The notes: generated by a model from the sequence alone, not told the origin. Positions 1 to 14,582 are shown, counted from the stretch's first letter. The stretch: DNA of 64,000 nt from Octopus sinensis (GCF_006345805.1 NC_043017.1:5828001-5892000), one strand, 5' to 3'. Numbers and translations are program-made.

Positions 1-325
1 AGAACCTCTGTTATTGAAAAACACATTATCTACACAGCCCTCAATTCAGATCCCGCCATGCAGATCCCTCTATATCGGTGAACTTTTAATGTATACAACC
101 TTCTATTTTAGATAGTCTATTGCTACGAGTACTTTAACAACGTAATTCTCTATACCAGAACCTCAATTAATGGGAACGCATTAGCTACAGAGTCTTCTAT
201 TCAGATCGCTCATTTACTTTGAACTTATTTTTTTCTACCCAACCCGCTTTTTCAGACGGTCTCTTGTTATGAACTGTTTATCTCTATAACCTTGTATTCA
301 AGGCCCTCCAGTGTTGTGAACATTT
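1..325. repeat. Degenerate ~45-50 bp tandem repeat, continuing beyond the window start
   Basis: Recurring CTA(C/T)A.AACC.TCTATTCAGA...GAAC units. Confidence 0.45.
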
Positions 326-439
326 TAGCAGGATTATGTAATGGAAAACAAGATATATGCGTGTGTCACATTTAGCTTTTAAGTTCTGCTCTTGTAAAGA
401 AGATTGATTTGGGAAAATGAACCACTGCAACATTCACGT

Positions 440-881
440 TACACAACAACAACAACAACTACTACTACTACTACTACCTTCACCACCAGTACTGCTACTA
501 CTACCACCTTCACCACCAGTACTACTACCACCATTATCACCACCACCACCACCACCACCACCACCACCACCACCGCCACCATCACATCCACCACCATTAC
601 TACCGTTACTACACTACTACTACTACTACTACTATCATCACCACCATCACCACCATCACCACATTCACCACCACTACTACTTTTACCACCAACCACCACC
701 ACCATGAACACCACCAATACCACCACCACCACCACCACCACCATCATCCTCATCATCACGATCATCATCATCATCACGATCATCATCACCATCACCACCA
801 CTGCTACTATTACTACTAACACCGCCACCACAACTTTCACCGCCGTCGCTGCAGCCGCTGCTGCTACTACTGCTACTACTG

Positions 882-923
<42 letters not shown>

Positions 924-950
924 TTATTATTACTACTACTACTACAATAA
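440..950. repeat. Compound trinucleotide microsatellite (ACA/ACT/ACC/ATC)
   Basis: Direct inspection. Confidence 0.95.
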
Positions 951-1564
951 TTAGCCCTATACCATAAGAGATGCACATTCAACATTGGCCCCTAATCCCA
1001 ATCCATTGCCCTCTTTGAACCCTATGCATGACAATGTCAGCGGTGTCACTAAATTTGATATTGTATCTAACCAGAGACTCATTAACCAGAGAAATCTGTC
1101 TTTCATAAAGATATATCGCTGTCATGATACAGCTCCGTGTCTTTATTTTTGTAATTCAAACGAATGCTTAATATTACATTTACTCTTCCCAAAGCATATT
1201 CCACGAACATTAATCTTTTTGAACCTTCAATCCTTATCAACCAACAAAATCTGTGCTCATGCAATTAACTATTCGCACTCAACTATTTATGCACACGCAC
1301 ACACATACACGTACGCACGCACGCACGCACGCACGCGCGCGCGCGCACACACACACACACAAGGATACGCATCCATAAGGGCACAAAAGGATTCACACAC
1401 CCACGCACTTTCTTATTGTGTTTATACATATATACATATATACTAAACATACACGCACATTTATATGTGTATGCATATATGTGATGTGTGTGTGTGTATG
1501 TGTATGTATGTATGTACATATATATATCTATATCTAACTATCTATCTATCTAGAATATTATATA

Positions 1565-1603
<39 letters not shown>

Positions 1604-1692
1604 GTGTATACGTACGTATATTCGTATATACATGCATAAATATTTATGTATATATATATATGCATATATGTATGTAATATCTATATCTATAG

Positions 1693-1733
<41 letters not shown>

Positions 1734-2214
1734 CATACATATACATATATACATGACTCTGTGTGTGTATATATATATATATATATACTAAAGGTTGTCG
1801 CGGTTATATATATATATATATATATGCATACACCTACTAAAGACACGACTGTGTTCAAGATACTCTTTTGTACTAAGGTTTTTTGGTATTCCCTCGTTAA
1901 TTCTTAATATTTGTATCAGTCATGTTCCTATGTCCATTAATGTTTCCCTGTCAGTCAACGCTTCAATAGCTTTTGTTGATTGATGTGTCGTTCCCAATAC
2001 AATATATTTGTCAGAAAATCTGTTCTCCACAAATATTATAACAATTTGTGCTTTAAGAAAAAACGGTAGTACTCTATATATTCAAATAGCGTGAGTGTAT
2101 TTATCATAATACAGTGTATGAAAATCTTTACTATTACTTGACTTTGATTTTTATGTAAAATACAAAATTTTTTAAACAGTCGAGGTTCGAGTGATTAGCT
2201 TTAACGGCACATAT

Positions 2215-3260
2215 ACTTTAACCCGTCTTTCTTTCTAGCTTTCAGAAACCATTCAGTAACATTTTAGCTACACTGACACACTTCCACGTAAAAATATATG
2301 ATAAATTATTCAATCGGAAAACAATAAAGGTCATCTATCGTTGTTAATGCTTGTACTTAAAAAATAAAGAGTTTTATATCTCCTTAATCAGATATTAATT
2401 GCGAGATAGTAATTACCAAGTAATCTCAATTTATAATAGAAATAGTCATCGTTGAAAATACAACATAGGAATGGCTAAGGGAACTTTCAACAGCCCCTAC
2501 TACAACTACTCTTCATTTTTCGGAATGCAAGTAAAGAGGAACAAAATTGGCCTTTAACGCTCTATATAGAAACTAAAAAAATTTATCAATTTAACCAACC
2601 CAAAGGATGAACACGCAGTTAAACTCCTGAAGGTTACTATAAATGCTAAGTCTCACCGAGGATCTCTGTTAAAAATCACACATGGCAAACATAGTAAAGA
2701 CTGCATCACAAAACCAAAAAATAATTAAGTTTCCAACAACTATTGATGTTGTACAAAGCTCAGTTAAGACACACACGGTGTACTTGTTCTGCATCTGAAA
2801 CAAAGCTGCTGTTATACATAAGGAGACATCTTAGATAAGATACCTGCATCTTTCGATGTTACTACAGTGGCATCTATTTATTGGATTTGGCTGTTCTCCT
2901 ACCACCTATATGTAGGCACCCGACTCGTCTCTTCTGTTGTTATACATATGCTCAAAAGCTTGAACCCGTATAATTGATACATCCAGTCTTTACTATCAGA
3001 ACGTGCCTCTCTTTTCACATTGATTATGTGCAGCTGTTCAAAAGCAGCATTAACCAAGTCGATCTCGTTGTTCTCGGAATTGCTGAGAAGTCTATGGGTA
3101 CAGATATTCTTCTCGAGCGCATATTACCAAACCAAAACAATTGTTCAAAGATTTGCAAACTATGTATTACTGAGAAGTTCTATATCTTTTTTAAGAAACT
3201 CAAAACGTTAACCATTTATTTAAATAAGAAATTGAAACATTCACCAACGCAGACATTTGA
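2215..3260 (+). mobile_element. Degenerate Penelope-like GIY-YIG endonuclease remnant, split by an insert at ~2590-3105
   Basis: Recognisable peptides are FNRKTIKVIYRC (~2310), YNIGMAKGTF...YYN (~2460, YIG motif) and SKICKLCITEKFYI...LNK (~3145-3230). It has many frameshifts. Confidence 0.55.
2770..3105 (-). mobile_element. Decayed LINE ORF1-like fragment nested in the Penelope remnant
   Basis: Minus strand gives NNEIDLVNAAFEQLHIINVKREARSDSKDW...VPTY and, after frameshifts, LCFRCR (start of a zinc knuckle). Confidence 0.3.
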
Positions 3261-3720
3261 TCAAATATTTCCTAACTAATGGTAATCGAACATTGGAGCT
3301 CGATTAAGATATAACATTCTGACCGTTGACCTTGCTGTAATCTAATAGTATGCTGAACTTCCACATTTCACACCCTCTCATTTACCGTTACCGATTCTTG
3401 TGAAATCAATTTCAAATAACATATCACAACTTATATAGTTCACACATGCCAATGTACATTTTCTTTTCATAGCGGTGCAGACTAACCAATACGCATCGAA
3501 ATGCAGCACGAACACACACAAAAGCATGTGTATGAACGTGCGAGTATATTTGCTTTTAAAATTCAAATATATATATTTATGTATGGTGTGTATGAGTGTG
3601 TGTGAGTGTGTGTGAGAGAGAGATGAAGGAAGAGGGAGAGAGAGCAAAATGGATAGATAGTTAAGTAGATAGATGGAGATATGAATCAAGTTTCACCTTG
3701 TTTACATATACATACATACG

Positions 3721-3760
<40 letters not shown>

Positions 3761-3821
3761 ATATATACATACTTATATATATATAATACATATATATATA
3801 CATATATATACATGTATAAAT

Positions 3822-3917
<96 letters not shown>

Positions 3918-4470
3918 ATATGAAATCTAAACAATATAAAGGTGATTCATGTGTATATATATGATCTTATATATACCTACCTACCTACCGACCTACCTAT
4001 CTACCTACCAGTTTATCTATCTAGCCATCTCGCTCTCGTTCTCTCTTTGCTTCCACATATATAGACATTTAAAGGGGGAAAGAGAGAGAGAGAGAGGGTG
4101 AGAGAGAGAGAGAGAGAAATGTGTAAAAGCTGCAGTTAATGAATGAATTTAATCGTCTGCGTATTTTTTTTAAAAATGCTTTCCAATTTACACAAATGTC
4201 ACATTTACTGATAACATTCTTTTCAATGCTATTTACATTCGATACGTTGAATTATTTTTCTTCCAAGATGACAATCTGGATTTGTTTGGATAACGTAGTT
4301 TTATTGCTATATTATTATTATGCTAACTATTCATCTTTAAGTGTTATTTCTTATTACGAAACCCTTAATATAAACCATGAGTCCCATTTAACGATACCTG
4401 TCTGCAAATTATATCACAAAAACATTTAAATAACGCTATTTACCATCTATCTGCCCTTTTTTTTTCCAAC

Positions 4471-4700
4471 ACAGGCGTGGCTGTGTGATTAAGAAGCTTG
4501 CTTCCCAACTGTAAGTGAATTTGATCAATGGAAACTGAAAGAAATCCGACGTGTTCCCAACTACATGGTTCCGGGTTCAGTCCCACTGCGCGGTATCCTT
4601 GGCAAGTGTTTTTCTACTATAGCCTCGGGCTGACCAAAGTCTTGTAAGTGGAATTGGTAGACGGAAACTGAAAGAGGCCCGTCGAATATATGTATATATA

Positions 4701-4733
<33 letters not shown>

Positions 4734-4965
4734 GTGTGTGTGTGTGTGGGTGTGTGTGTGTGTGTGTGTGTGTGTTCCACCATCGCTTGGCAACCGATGT
4801 TGGTGTGATACGCCTCCGTAAGTTAGCGGCTCGGCAAAGTCACTGATAGAATAAGTACTGGGCTTGAAATAAATAAGCCCTGGGGTCGACTTGTTCGACT
4901 AAAGACCCCTCAAGGCGGTGCTCCAACATGGCTGCAGTCAAATGACTGGAACAAGAAAAAGAATA
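4471..4965 (+). mobile_element. SINE family B copy
   Basis: Same head, body and tail as the other family B copies. It carries a small internal insertion bounded by TTCCCAACT. Confidence 0.75.
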
Positions 4966-5015
4966 AAGGAATATGTGTGTGTGTGCGCACGCGTGTATGT
5001 GCATATATATGTATG

Positions 5016-5108
<93 letters not shown>

Positions 5109-5214
5109 TTGTCCCCTATACCGGGTGACCGCTGGTGTTGGCTTGTTTTACGCGACCCTGTAATGAGCGATTGAGCAAAAGAGCTCATAAAATAAGTATC
5201 GAGCTTTTATCTTT

Positions 5215-5408
5215 TATTTCTTTCCCGCGTTATGCTACGCCCATGCTGGGGCAACGCCTTGAAAATTTTTAGTCGGGCAATATTTATTTAAAGTCTGGTA
5301 CTTATTCTGACAAACTCTTTTGCTGAACCGCCAAGTTACGGGAACGTAAACATACAATCACCAGTTATCACTGTTGGTGGAGGGATAAACACACACACAC
5401 ACATCCCT

Positions 5409-5443
<35 letters not shown>

Positions 5444-5582
5444 GTAAACGACAGGCTTCTTCCAGTTTCCGTCTTCCAAATCCACTCAGAAGGCATCGGT
5501 CGGCCCGAGGCTATAGTGGGACTGAATCTAAAGCCATGTAGTTGGGTAGCGAACTACTTAACATACAGTCATGCTTGCGCCT
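5215..5582 (-). mobile_element. SINE family B copy (inverted relative to 4471-4965)
   Basis: Reverse-complement match to family B. Other partial copies lie at ~5100-5215, 5600-5705, 5975-6230, 40200-40450, 47985-48080, 51290-51610, 52370-52580, 55425-55960, 57810-57900 and 60585-60870. Confidence 0.7.
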
Positions 5583-7931
5583 AAGAAGCAGTCTTTTTTT
5601 TTTAAAAAAAAAGTCCTAGATCGATGTATTCGTCTAAAACTCTTCAAGGCGATGCCCCAGCATGGCCGCAGTGCAATGACGCAAAGCAAGTAAAAGATAA
5701 AAGATTAGATGGAATTTTTGTTTTATTATTTATTTGGTAATCAAAAGATGGAGAGTCTGTTGGTCAATAAAAAGAAAACAAAATCCTCAAATCCAACAAA
5801 ATAAAAAATATATTTAGCTTTGGTCTTAAACGACAACATAAACACTGACTGGAACGAAAATGTTGAACCATTTTTTGAGTAAATAAAATGTGATATTGTT
5901 TTTCTTGTAGTAAGATTGGAAAAATATAAAATTTGCATAAAATTCAATTTGTAAGAGATATGGTTTTATGATGAAGAAGGCGTAGGTGTAGTTGCGTCTG
6001 AAGTTTGTTTCCTAACCACATGGTTCCAGGTTCAGTGCCACTGTGTGGCACCTTCTACTATAGCCTCGGGCCAACGAAAGTCTGAGTGTATTTCGTGAGT
6101 GGAAACTGAAAGAAGCTAGTCGTACGTATGTATATATATGCATGAATATGTGTGTGTGAGTATATGCGTGCGTGTGTGTGCGTGTGTGTGAGTGTGTGTG
6201 TGCAGGAGTCTTTGTGTCTGTGTCTGTCCTCTACCACCACCACCACCACCACCACCAAAGACAAATATTCATTATGTGTGTGTAAGTGTGTATGTGTGCT
6301 TGCGTGCGTGTGTGCTTGCGTGTGTGTGTGTGTGTGTGTGTGTGTATGTATCTTCCACCAATGCACATCAGCAAATGAACCCAGAAAGGCGGTTCTTTGG
6401 GTACAAAGCTCCTTGTGATATTTGTTCTGAATCGAGTAAGAAATACTCCCTCGTCATTCGTGCTGTCAAAACTACAATGAAACAATGACTGGTCTTTACC
6501 GTTGGAAAACTGTAACCAACAACGCCAGTTCACACCATTTGCATTATAATATAAAATAAATGATATTAGATATCACAAATTTCTCCATTACAAAATGCGT
6601 GAGCAAGAAATATCAGATAATTAGTGGCGAATACACATTTATTAGTCAAGGTTAAATTTATTCCAAGAGCTTCGTTTGTAAAACATTTTTTAAAACTGTT
6701 ATCATGTTCTTGATTATTGAGAGAAAAAAAAATAATCGTAATCAAAGGATTAGATTTCAATGATTGTTAGGAAATATGTTAGCTGTGAGAGATTAGCAGC
6801 ATTTCCTGTCAACTCCTGTAATAACAGATCAAAATGAGACACAAGAGAGAGTCAGGCATCATGAACTATAATTACACAAGCAATGCATTAAAGAGAATCA
6901 AAACAAACACAGAGTTTGTATTCTGGAGTTAAGAGTTGACTTCGAGTTTTTTTCCTTTTTTTTTTTCTGTCGTTGTTATTAGTTATTGGTTTGATACCAA
7001 GAGACGAGACTAGAATGACCAACATTCTGTTGGAAGAGGAGAGAGAAACACATTCTGTTGCTTTCATATCATGATTATTAGGGATATAATGGAATTGTAT
7101 TCGATTGTTCCAAGTGAAGAACAGTGGTTTTTGCCCCACCTTTTTATTTTATCAGTGTCCTCTTGTACTGAATGTTTTGCAAGAAAAACATAAAAAATTA
7201 AAAAAACATTATCTTAAACAAACGGAAGCTAATTTTGAGCGGTGATTTTTTTATCGATATTTTCTGATATTAGCACATCCAACATGTGCCACGTTGTTAC
7301 ATGTTTGCATGAATTATCGTCCCTATGTTAAATCCGCACGGAAATTATTGAAGAAACGGGTGAGAATTTATATAACAAAATTACATTAGGCCTTAATCCA
7401 CCGTCAGCCATGTTTCTTCTCGTTGATGACACTGAACACTGAACTTTCCGTAGTTTTATTCCGGCAAAGATTTTTTTTGAACGTGTGTTTAAAATATAAT
7501 TATTGTACTTAATATTTTCTCTGTAAGAAAAAGTACAACCTCTCAAAGCATCCAAATTTCTCTATAGTGTCACCTTAGAATATGCCACCCCTTGCGAACT
7601 AATAATGTCCCTCGGAGACGCTGCTATTCCGATTAAGGGCCATTGATTCTTAATCATTTTCCTTACCAATAGACCCCTTCGATTCCTCTTTTTCTCACAG
7701 CCACTTGATGCTTAAAAAATCCTATTATACTTTTATAATTAAATATTTTAGGAAATGTGTATAAAAAAAAAAAACGTTTATGAATTTGTGTTGCAAGATT
7801 CCTGATGTGAAACTGTGTTGAAAGAAATATTGTAGTATTTCGGGATGGTCATTTTTTTGCCAAATAAACACACGAGGTATATGTTGGCTCTTCACTTGTT
7901 TATTACTCATCTTATTTTAATTCATGTCTAT

Positions 7932-7976
7932 TGTCCGGAAATCTTTCGTCACACATCTGTGACCTCTTCAGCGACA
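7932..7976 (-). ncRNA. Minimal hammerhead ribozyme-like motif
   Basis: Minus strand reads tgtcg-CTGAAGA-G-gtcaca(gatg)tgtgac-GAAA-gattTC-cggaca. The core is intact, stem II has 6 bp, stem III is near-palindromic (AGATTT), and stem I has one bulge. Confidence 0.6.
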
Positions 7977-8519
7977 CTTTCCGTCCTTGTGAGTGCTCCT
8001 GCTCCACTTAGTTCATTCTCTTAAAATATTCTGTGTATTGTAGAAGTATTAACAATTTATTGTACACAAATTTTGATAACAATATCCTAGATGGAGCCCC
8101 AAGAGCCATATAGACCCCGGTTGAGAGCCACTGGTGTTCATGAAAGGGTTAGTGAATCAGTTACTCATGAGTTTAATTTTCTGTCTCAACCCAATTATCC
8201 AAGACTAACAAAGAAGTCAAACATTAACACAGAGCAACGCAGTTGTAGAGAGATGAGTGAAGTCGGTTGCATCGGTCTCAGCAAATCTATCAGATCAATC
8301 TTTCACTATTTTTTAAAACCATTTGAACGTGGAAAGCAGATATAACCGCTCAAAATTTTATTACCGTTAACTGCAGAAAGTGGTTTTACCCCCACGGTTT
8401 GGAGCCCCCACTCCCCAGAAAGGATGGAGAGCAAAGTTGAACTCAGCGGGATTTGAACTGAGAACGTAAAGAGTCGGAAGAAATGCCGAAAGGTATTTAT
8501 CGTAGCCTTACTGTTTCGA

Positions 8520-8900
8520 GTTTCAAGTCTGAAGGGCAAAGGCTGTGTCCTTACCAAATGCTAGTAAGAAGTCTTTCAACTGCTCTTTTGAGGGAACACC
8601 GAAAACCTTTCTGCTTTTGGAAAGAGTTTTCTACTTGTCCTCTCTTCGATAAAAATCGCCATATTGGGAGGCAATAAATTTTGTGACATATCTGTCCCAA
8701 ACAGTTTCTTCTGAGAATCGACCCACATTCAGAATTGCTCTTCAGCTAGCAACATTGACAAAATATTCATTACTTATGTTGATTTCTTCATTGTTAGACG
8801 CTTTTGTAAAATTGCCATTTTCTTCTTCTCGGTGCAAATGTCTATTTGCTTGTTTAAGCGATTTCATTTGTTTCTCAAATTTGTATTTTTTAAAAAATCA
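8520..8900 (-). mobile_element. Decayed L1/Tx1-like ORF1 N-terminal fragment
   Basis: MKSLKQANRHLHREEE resembles EEHLKKAERIIRREER in the 21050-22410 element. In-frame stops are present. Confidence 0.3.
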
Positions 8901-9649
8901 TGCTTACGTTTGCAAAAATTTCGAGAAGCTGATCAAAATTCTTGATAGGTGTGTTTACCAAAGAAGAAAAGAAAAAAATAAGCAAATAGTTATAAAATAA
9001 AATATACAAGAATGTCCAACAACAAACCGCATTTTTGCTTCAGTATGTGAAAAACTAGATTTTTCCGAAGTTCCAAAACATAAAAATAATTTGTTTTCTT
9101 TTTTCATTAAATGCAAAGTTGTGGAATTCAACACTCACACTTACAGCTGTAATAGAAACATCAGCTCATTGTAGATGATTGCTTCTGTTTAACAAGACAA
9201 CATAAGAAACAAAACAACATAAAGCATAACAAAATTATGGAAGCGAAACTTTGGCAATATTGAAGTGTTTTAAACTGTTTGTTTATTTCTCTCGAACGAG
9301 ATTTCAGCAGAAACACAGCCGTAATCGTGGAAGTGATTCATAATTGAGGAGTGATTCGTTATCATGTTGTGTCGATCTCAAATCCTTCCACTGTGTCCGC
9401 TAGTCCAATAGAAGGGCGATCTGAACTGATCATGGTTTTTTAAAAACTTTTTTGTTTCTAGTGAGAATGATTCTCCATAACAAAATGCAATGAAAAACCT
9501 TTTACAGCTTCAAGTATCTTTCAGACATATTCGAACTGGTATCAAATTATTTTCTACTCAGTCACTGCTTAGCGCATCTCCTCATGAATTTACTTCGGAT
9601 TGGCAATAGAAATGTGTCACGGATTAGCATTAGAGTCGTATCCCTTCAG

Positions 9650-9697
9650 TGTCTAGTACTGACGAGAAGATAACTACTTCGAAATGCATACATACAC
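9650..9697 (+). ncRNA. Hammerhead ribozyme-like motif inside a ~296-bp tandem repeat
   Basis: CTGACGA-gaag(ataacta)cttc-GAA-ATGCAT-A at 9659-9690. The core is intact, stem II has 4 bp and stem III is the palindrome ATGCAT. Stem I pairs poorly. Confidence 0.5.
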
Positions 9698-10249
9698 CAG
9701 TTCAATAGAAGGCGCTCTGAACTGATCACGATGGTTTTACGCCTTTTTGTCTTCAATGTGATTACGTCTCCATGACAAACAACAGTGAAAAACCTTTACG
9801 GGATCAAATATTACTCGAACGTTTTTGAACTGGTATCAAGTTTATTTTCCCCTCGGTCACTGCTTAGAATTTGTAATCATGAACAAAAAATAGTTGTTCA
9901 CCCAATGATGGAAGTAAGTGATTAAGTAAATAGCACACAGGGTAATCCATTGGAGAAACAATACATTTTGAGAGCCTTCAACTCAGCTGATTATTTTTAG
10001 AAACAAAATTTCAGCAGAGTATCAACATGGAGATAAAGTTAAGTGTCTTGTTGAAGGCTATTGCAATATTCTGACTAGAATATGTAATATAAATTCAGGA
10101 AGCTACAACAACATCATAAACACTCTACCATTGTAATTTCGTATACATACCTACAAGTACATGCATAAGTACGTACATGCATACACAAACACACGCACAC
10201 GTATGTATAGATATATAGACAACTATAGGCAATACAAATACAGACTCAT

Positions 10250-10280
<31 letters not shown>

Positions 10281-10924
10281 CACATACATCCATATATATG
10301 TATATACATATATATGCATATATATATATATATATATATATACATACACATATATATTATTTATGTGTGTATGTATGAGCATATATAAATTATATATATA
10401 TATATATATATATGTATATACACATACATGCATATATGTATATATATAAATATATATCATACATATATATATGCATACGCACAAACATACATATAGTTAT
10501 ATATATAAATATGTATACACACATATTTGTGTATGTATTAATGTATATATATGAATATATGTATGCGTGTGTATATATATATATATGCAAATATATATGT
10601 ATATATGTATTTGTGTGCACGTGTGTGTGTATGTGTGTGTGTATGTGCGTGTCTGCGCGCGCGTGCGTGTGTGCATGAGTATGTGTGTTTGTGCGTGTGT
10701 ATAATTCGCCATGATCATGAGGCGTCAGTACATAAGGAGAGTTGAGTGTATTTGGCTTATGTTCCAGGGCAAGGCACTTAAATCTACTTGCCTAAGGATT
10801 TGTACCTAATTAATAAATTATATATACATTCTTTTCCATTACTTTAACTTACAACACACGCACGCGCGCACATGTACACGTACATACACATATGTGTGAG
10901 TGTATGTCTGTGTATGTGTGTTTA

Positions 10925-10957
<33 letters not shown>

Positions 10958-11066
10958 GTGAGCGTATGAGTGTGTGGCTTTTGTGCGCGTGTCTGACGAG
11001 ATGTACACATCCGGTATGATTACACCCAATACGCATATACGTCTCATATATCCCTTATCATGTACT

Positions 11067-11067
<1 letters not shown>

Positions 11068-11147
<80 letters not shown>

Positions 11148-11152
11148 CATCC

Positions 11153-11243
<91 letters not shown>

Positions 11244-11248
11244 CATCC

Positions 11249-11280
<32 letters not shown>

Positions 11281-11357
11281 GTCTGTCTATCGATCGATCT
11301 ATCTATCTGTTTATCTCTCTATCTATATATATACATACTGGTATGTATAAATCTATC

Positions 11358-11390
<33 letters not shown>
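11068..11390. repeat. (TATC)n microsatellite
   Basis: Direct inspection. Confidence 0.95.
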
Positions 11391-11962
11391 TTATATATTC
11401 ATATATATGTGTGTGTGTGTGTGTATAGACATACATATATACATACATGAATGTATTTATATATGTATATACATGCATGCATATAAATGCTTGTGTGTGT
11501 ATATGTGTGTCTGCGTATGTACGTATCACACATATACATAGAAAGAAACAAAAAACTGCATGGAATCGCAAGTGCACACTATTACCATATTACACTCAAA
11601 TGCAGCACAAGGAACTGCACAGTTTTCATTCCATTTCCTCTAATCAAAAGTATTGGACGTCATTCAGACTGAATCAGCAGACTTAAAGTCTTTCTCCTCA
11701 TCCTAGATTCCTCACACGCACCGACGCGCACTCGCATACACGAACACATCTTCAAGAATGTCTTCGAATGCGTACAAAGGATTCTCTTTGCAGGCCACAC
11801 ACCCACCCACGATCTCGTTGTACTTAAGCTCACGTTTGCTTTAATTCTTTAAGCATTGCCTTAAAATATTATTCGATACCCACATGCATACGTCAAACAC
11901 TGTAGAGCATCCAGTGTGTACGGAGTGCACTTTTGCATCTTCTACCAGGAAGCAAATAAATT

Positions 11963-12009
11963 GTATGTATGTATGTATGTATGTATGTATGTATGTATGT
12001 ACGTATGTA

Positions 12010-12040
<31 letters not shown>

Positions 12041-12836
12041 ATGTATGTATGTATGTGTGTATGTATGTATGTATGTATGTATGTATGTATGTATGTATGT
12101 ATGTATGTATGTATGTATGTATGTATGTATGTGTTGTATGTATGTATGCATGTATGTATGTGTGTATGTATGTATGTATGTATGTATGTATGTATGCATG
12201 TATGTATGTATGTGTGTATGTATGTATGTATGTATGTATGTATGTATGTATGCATGTATCTATGTATGTATGATTGTATGTATGTATGTATGTATGTACG
12301 TATGTATGTGTGTGTGTATGTATGTATGTATGTATGTATGTATGTATGTATGTATGTATGTATGTATGTATGTGTGTGTGTATGTATGTATGTATGTATG
12401 TATGTATGTATGTATGTATGCATGTATGTATGTGTGTATGTATGTATGTATGTATGTATGTATGTATGTATGCATGTATGTATGTGTGTATGTATGTATG
12501 TATCTATGTATGTATGCATGTATGTATGTGTGTATGTATGTATGTATGTATGTATGTATGCATGTATGTATGTGTGTATGCATGTATGTATGTGTGTATG
12601 TATGTATGTATGTATGTGTGTATGTATGTATGTATGTATGTATGTATGTATGTATGTATGCATGTATCTATGTATGTATGATTGTATGTATTTATGTATG
12701 TATGTATGTATGTATGTGTGTATGTATGTATGTGTGTATGTATGTATGTATGTATGTATGTATGTATCTATGTATGTATGATTGTATGTATGTATGTATG
12801 TATGTATGTATGTATGTATGATTGTATGTATGTATG
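11963..12836. repeat. ~870-bp (TATG)n microsatellite with recurring variant blocks
   Basis: Direct inspection. Confidence 0.95.
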
Positions 12837-13075
12837 TGCATGTTTGTATGCATATATGTAAGTATGCATATTATAACATACATGTTATATGCAAACGGTT
12901 TGTAAATACAGTTTAGCTTGCTAAAAACAGCCATATGGTAAATATGAAGCACTCCCCACACATAAACATGTGTCTATGAGAACAGATTGATCTATCTATC
13001 TATCTATCTATCTACCCATCTATTTATCTGTCTGTCTTTCTATCTATCTATCTATCTATCTACCTACCTACCTAC

Positions 13076-13109
<34 letters not shown>

Positions 13110-13741
13110 CTATATCTATCTATCTATCTATCTATCTATATATATATATATATATATATATGCATGAGTGCGTGTGTGGGTGTTCGTGCGTGTGTATGAA
13201 TGTATAAATTTGTGTGAGTTGTGTGTATGCATTTGCGTGCGATACGAATTGCTTTTTCTATTGCAGATGCATTATGGTATATCTTAATTAAAAACTGGCT
13301 GCCAGCCATTTGCTATTACTACGGACGTTTACTCTTTGTCCTTCGTATACAGAAGTCGAGCGTTTTTGCTGAATAAAACGATTTATTTTCGGTTACTGTT
13401 TCTCGTTATGGCAATTTATTTGGAAATACAGCAATAACAATGGAACAATTACTTGAATCACACTGTTTTGACGGCACTTCAGTTACAGGCACATAAGGGA
13501 CTTAGTGGAAAATTTCTTCCCTAAATTTCCTGGCTCTATTCCCAGACTCAAATGAATAACAAAGACTCACTTTACTCACCTTCAATTTGCAACCAATCAA
13601 CAGATTGCGTATGCTACTATACTATTACCATCGATCGTGTCATCATTAAGTTACAGAATACAGTTTTTGCAGCAGATTTTAATTAATCACGAAGACAACA
13701 AACGTGAGAAGTAATTTGAATCTTATATCCCAATTCTATAT

Positions 13742-14138
13742 TTTTTCCTTTTTCTTTTTCTCCGTCGGTTACGACGACGAGGGTTCCGGTTGATCCGAAT
13801 CAACGGGACAGCCTGCTCGTGAAATTAACGTGTAAGTGGCTGAGCACTCCACAGACACGTGTACCCTTAACGTAGTTCTCGGGGATATTCAGCGTGACAC
13901 AGAGAGTGACAAGGTCGGCCCTTTGAAATACAGGTACAACAGAAAGAGGAAGTAAGAGTGAGAGAAAGTTGTGGTGAAAGAGTACAGCAGGGATCACCAC
14001 CATCCCCTGCCGGAGCCTCGTGGAGCTTTAGGTGTTTTTCGCTCAATAAACACTCACAACGCCCGGTCTGGGAATCGAAACCGCGATCCTACGACCGCGA
14101 GTCCGCTGCCCTAACCACTGGGCCATTGCGCCTCCACT
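13742..14138 (-). mobile_element. Full-length tRNA-derived SINE (family C) with 12-bp TSD
   Basis: Head on the minus strand has A box TGGCCCAGTGG and B box GTTTCGATTCC, followed by a purine-rich tail. The TSD CCAATTCTATAT lies at 13730-13741 and 14139-14150. Related partial copies are at ~20308-20452(-), 45770-45915(-), 54870-55020(+), 32738-32870(+) and 15760-15960(-). Confidence 0.85.
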
Positions 14139-14391
14139 CCAATTCTATATAACCACGCCAGACAGCGCAAATTTTAGGTTGTCACTGTTTATGTATTTAT
14201 CGAAGGCTAGGACCTCGTGCTAAACGCTTCCTACACAATTCAAAATGAAAACACATTAATTCACTACAACACAATTTCTCTTCTTCAACAGGCCCTGCTC
14301 TATTTAACATTATCCCAAAACAAATTAAGGAAGAAAAAGATCCTATCTCCTTCAAACGAGACCTGGACAATTTTCTTCAAGGGATAACATA

Positions 14392-14535
14392 CATTATTTA
14401 CATTATTTACATTTGACGTATCTTGTTTGTTGTTAACACAACGTTTCGGCTGATATACTCTCTAGCCTTCATCAGGTGTCTTAGGGAAGTTTCGAATCTG
14501 GGTTCTCATTCCTAAGGTATTTTACGATGTTGTTG

Positions 14536-14582
<47 letters not shown>

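Noticed and set aside
404-985. Poly-T/H/V/S ORFs of 96-187 aa
   Set aside because: They are translations of stop-free trinucleotide repeats, open in several frames on both strands, with no splice or homology support.
6376-6488. APCDICSESSKKYSLVI peptide reminiscent of the CPC..C..GY segment of MOLO-1 proteins
   Set aside because: It is on the wrong strand for the gene, has no acceptor, and ends in a stop.
11884-12821. ORFs up to 301 aa (MYVC/HTYI repeats)
   Set aside because: They come from the (TATG)n microsatellite.
14060-14135. tRNA-like sequence with A and B boxes
   Set aside because: It is the head of a SINE with body, tail and TSD, not a tRNA gene.
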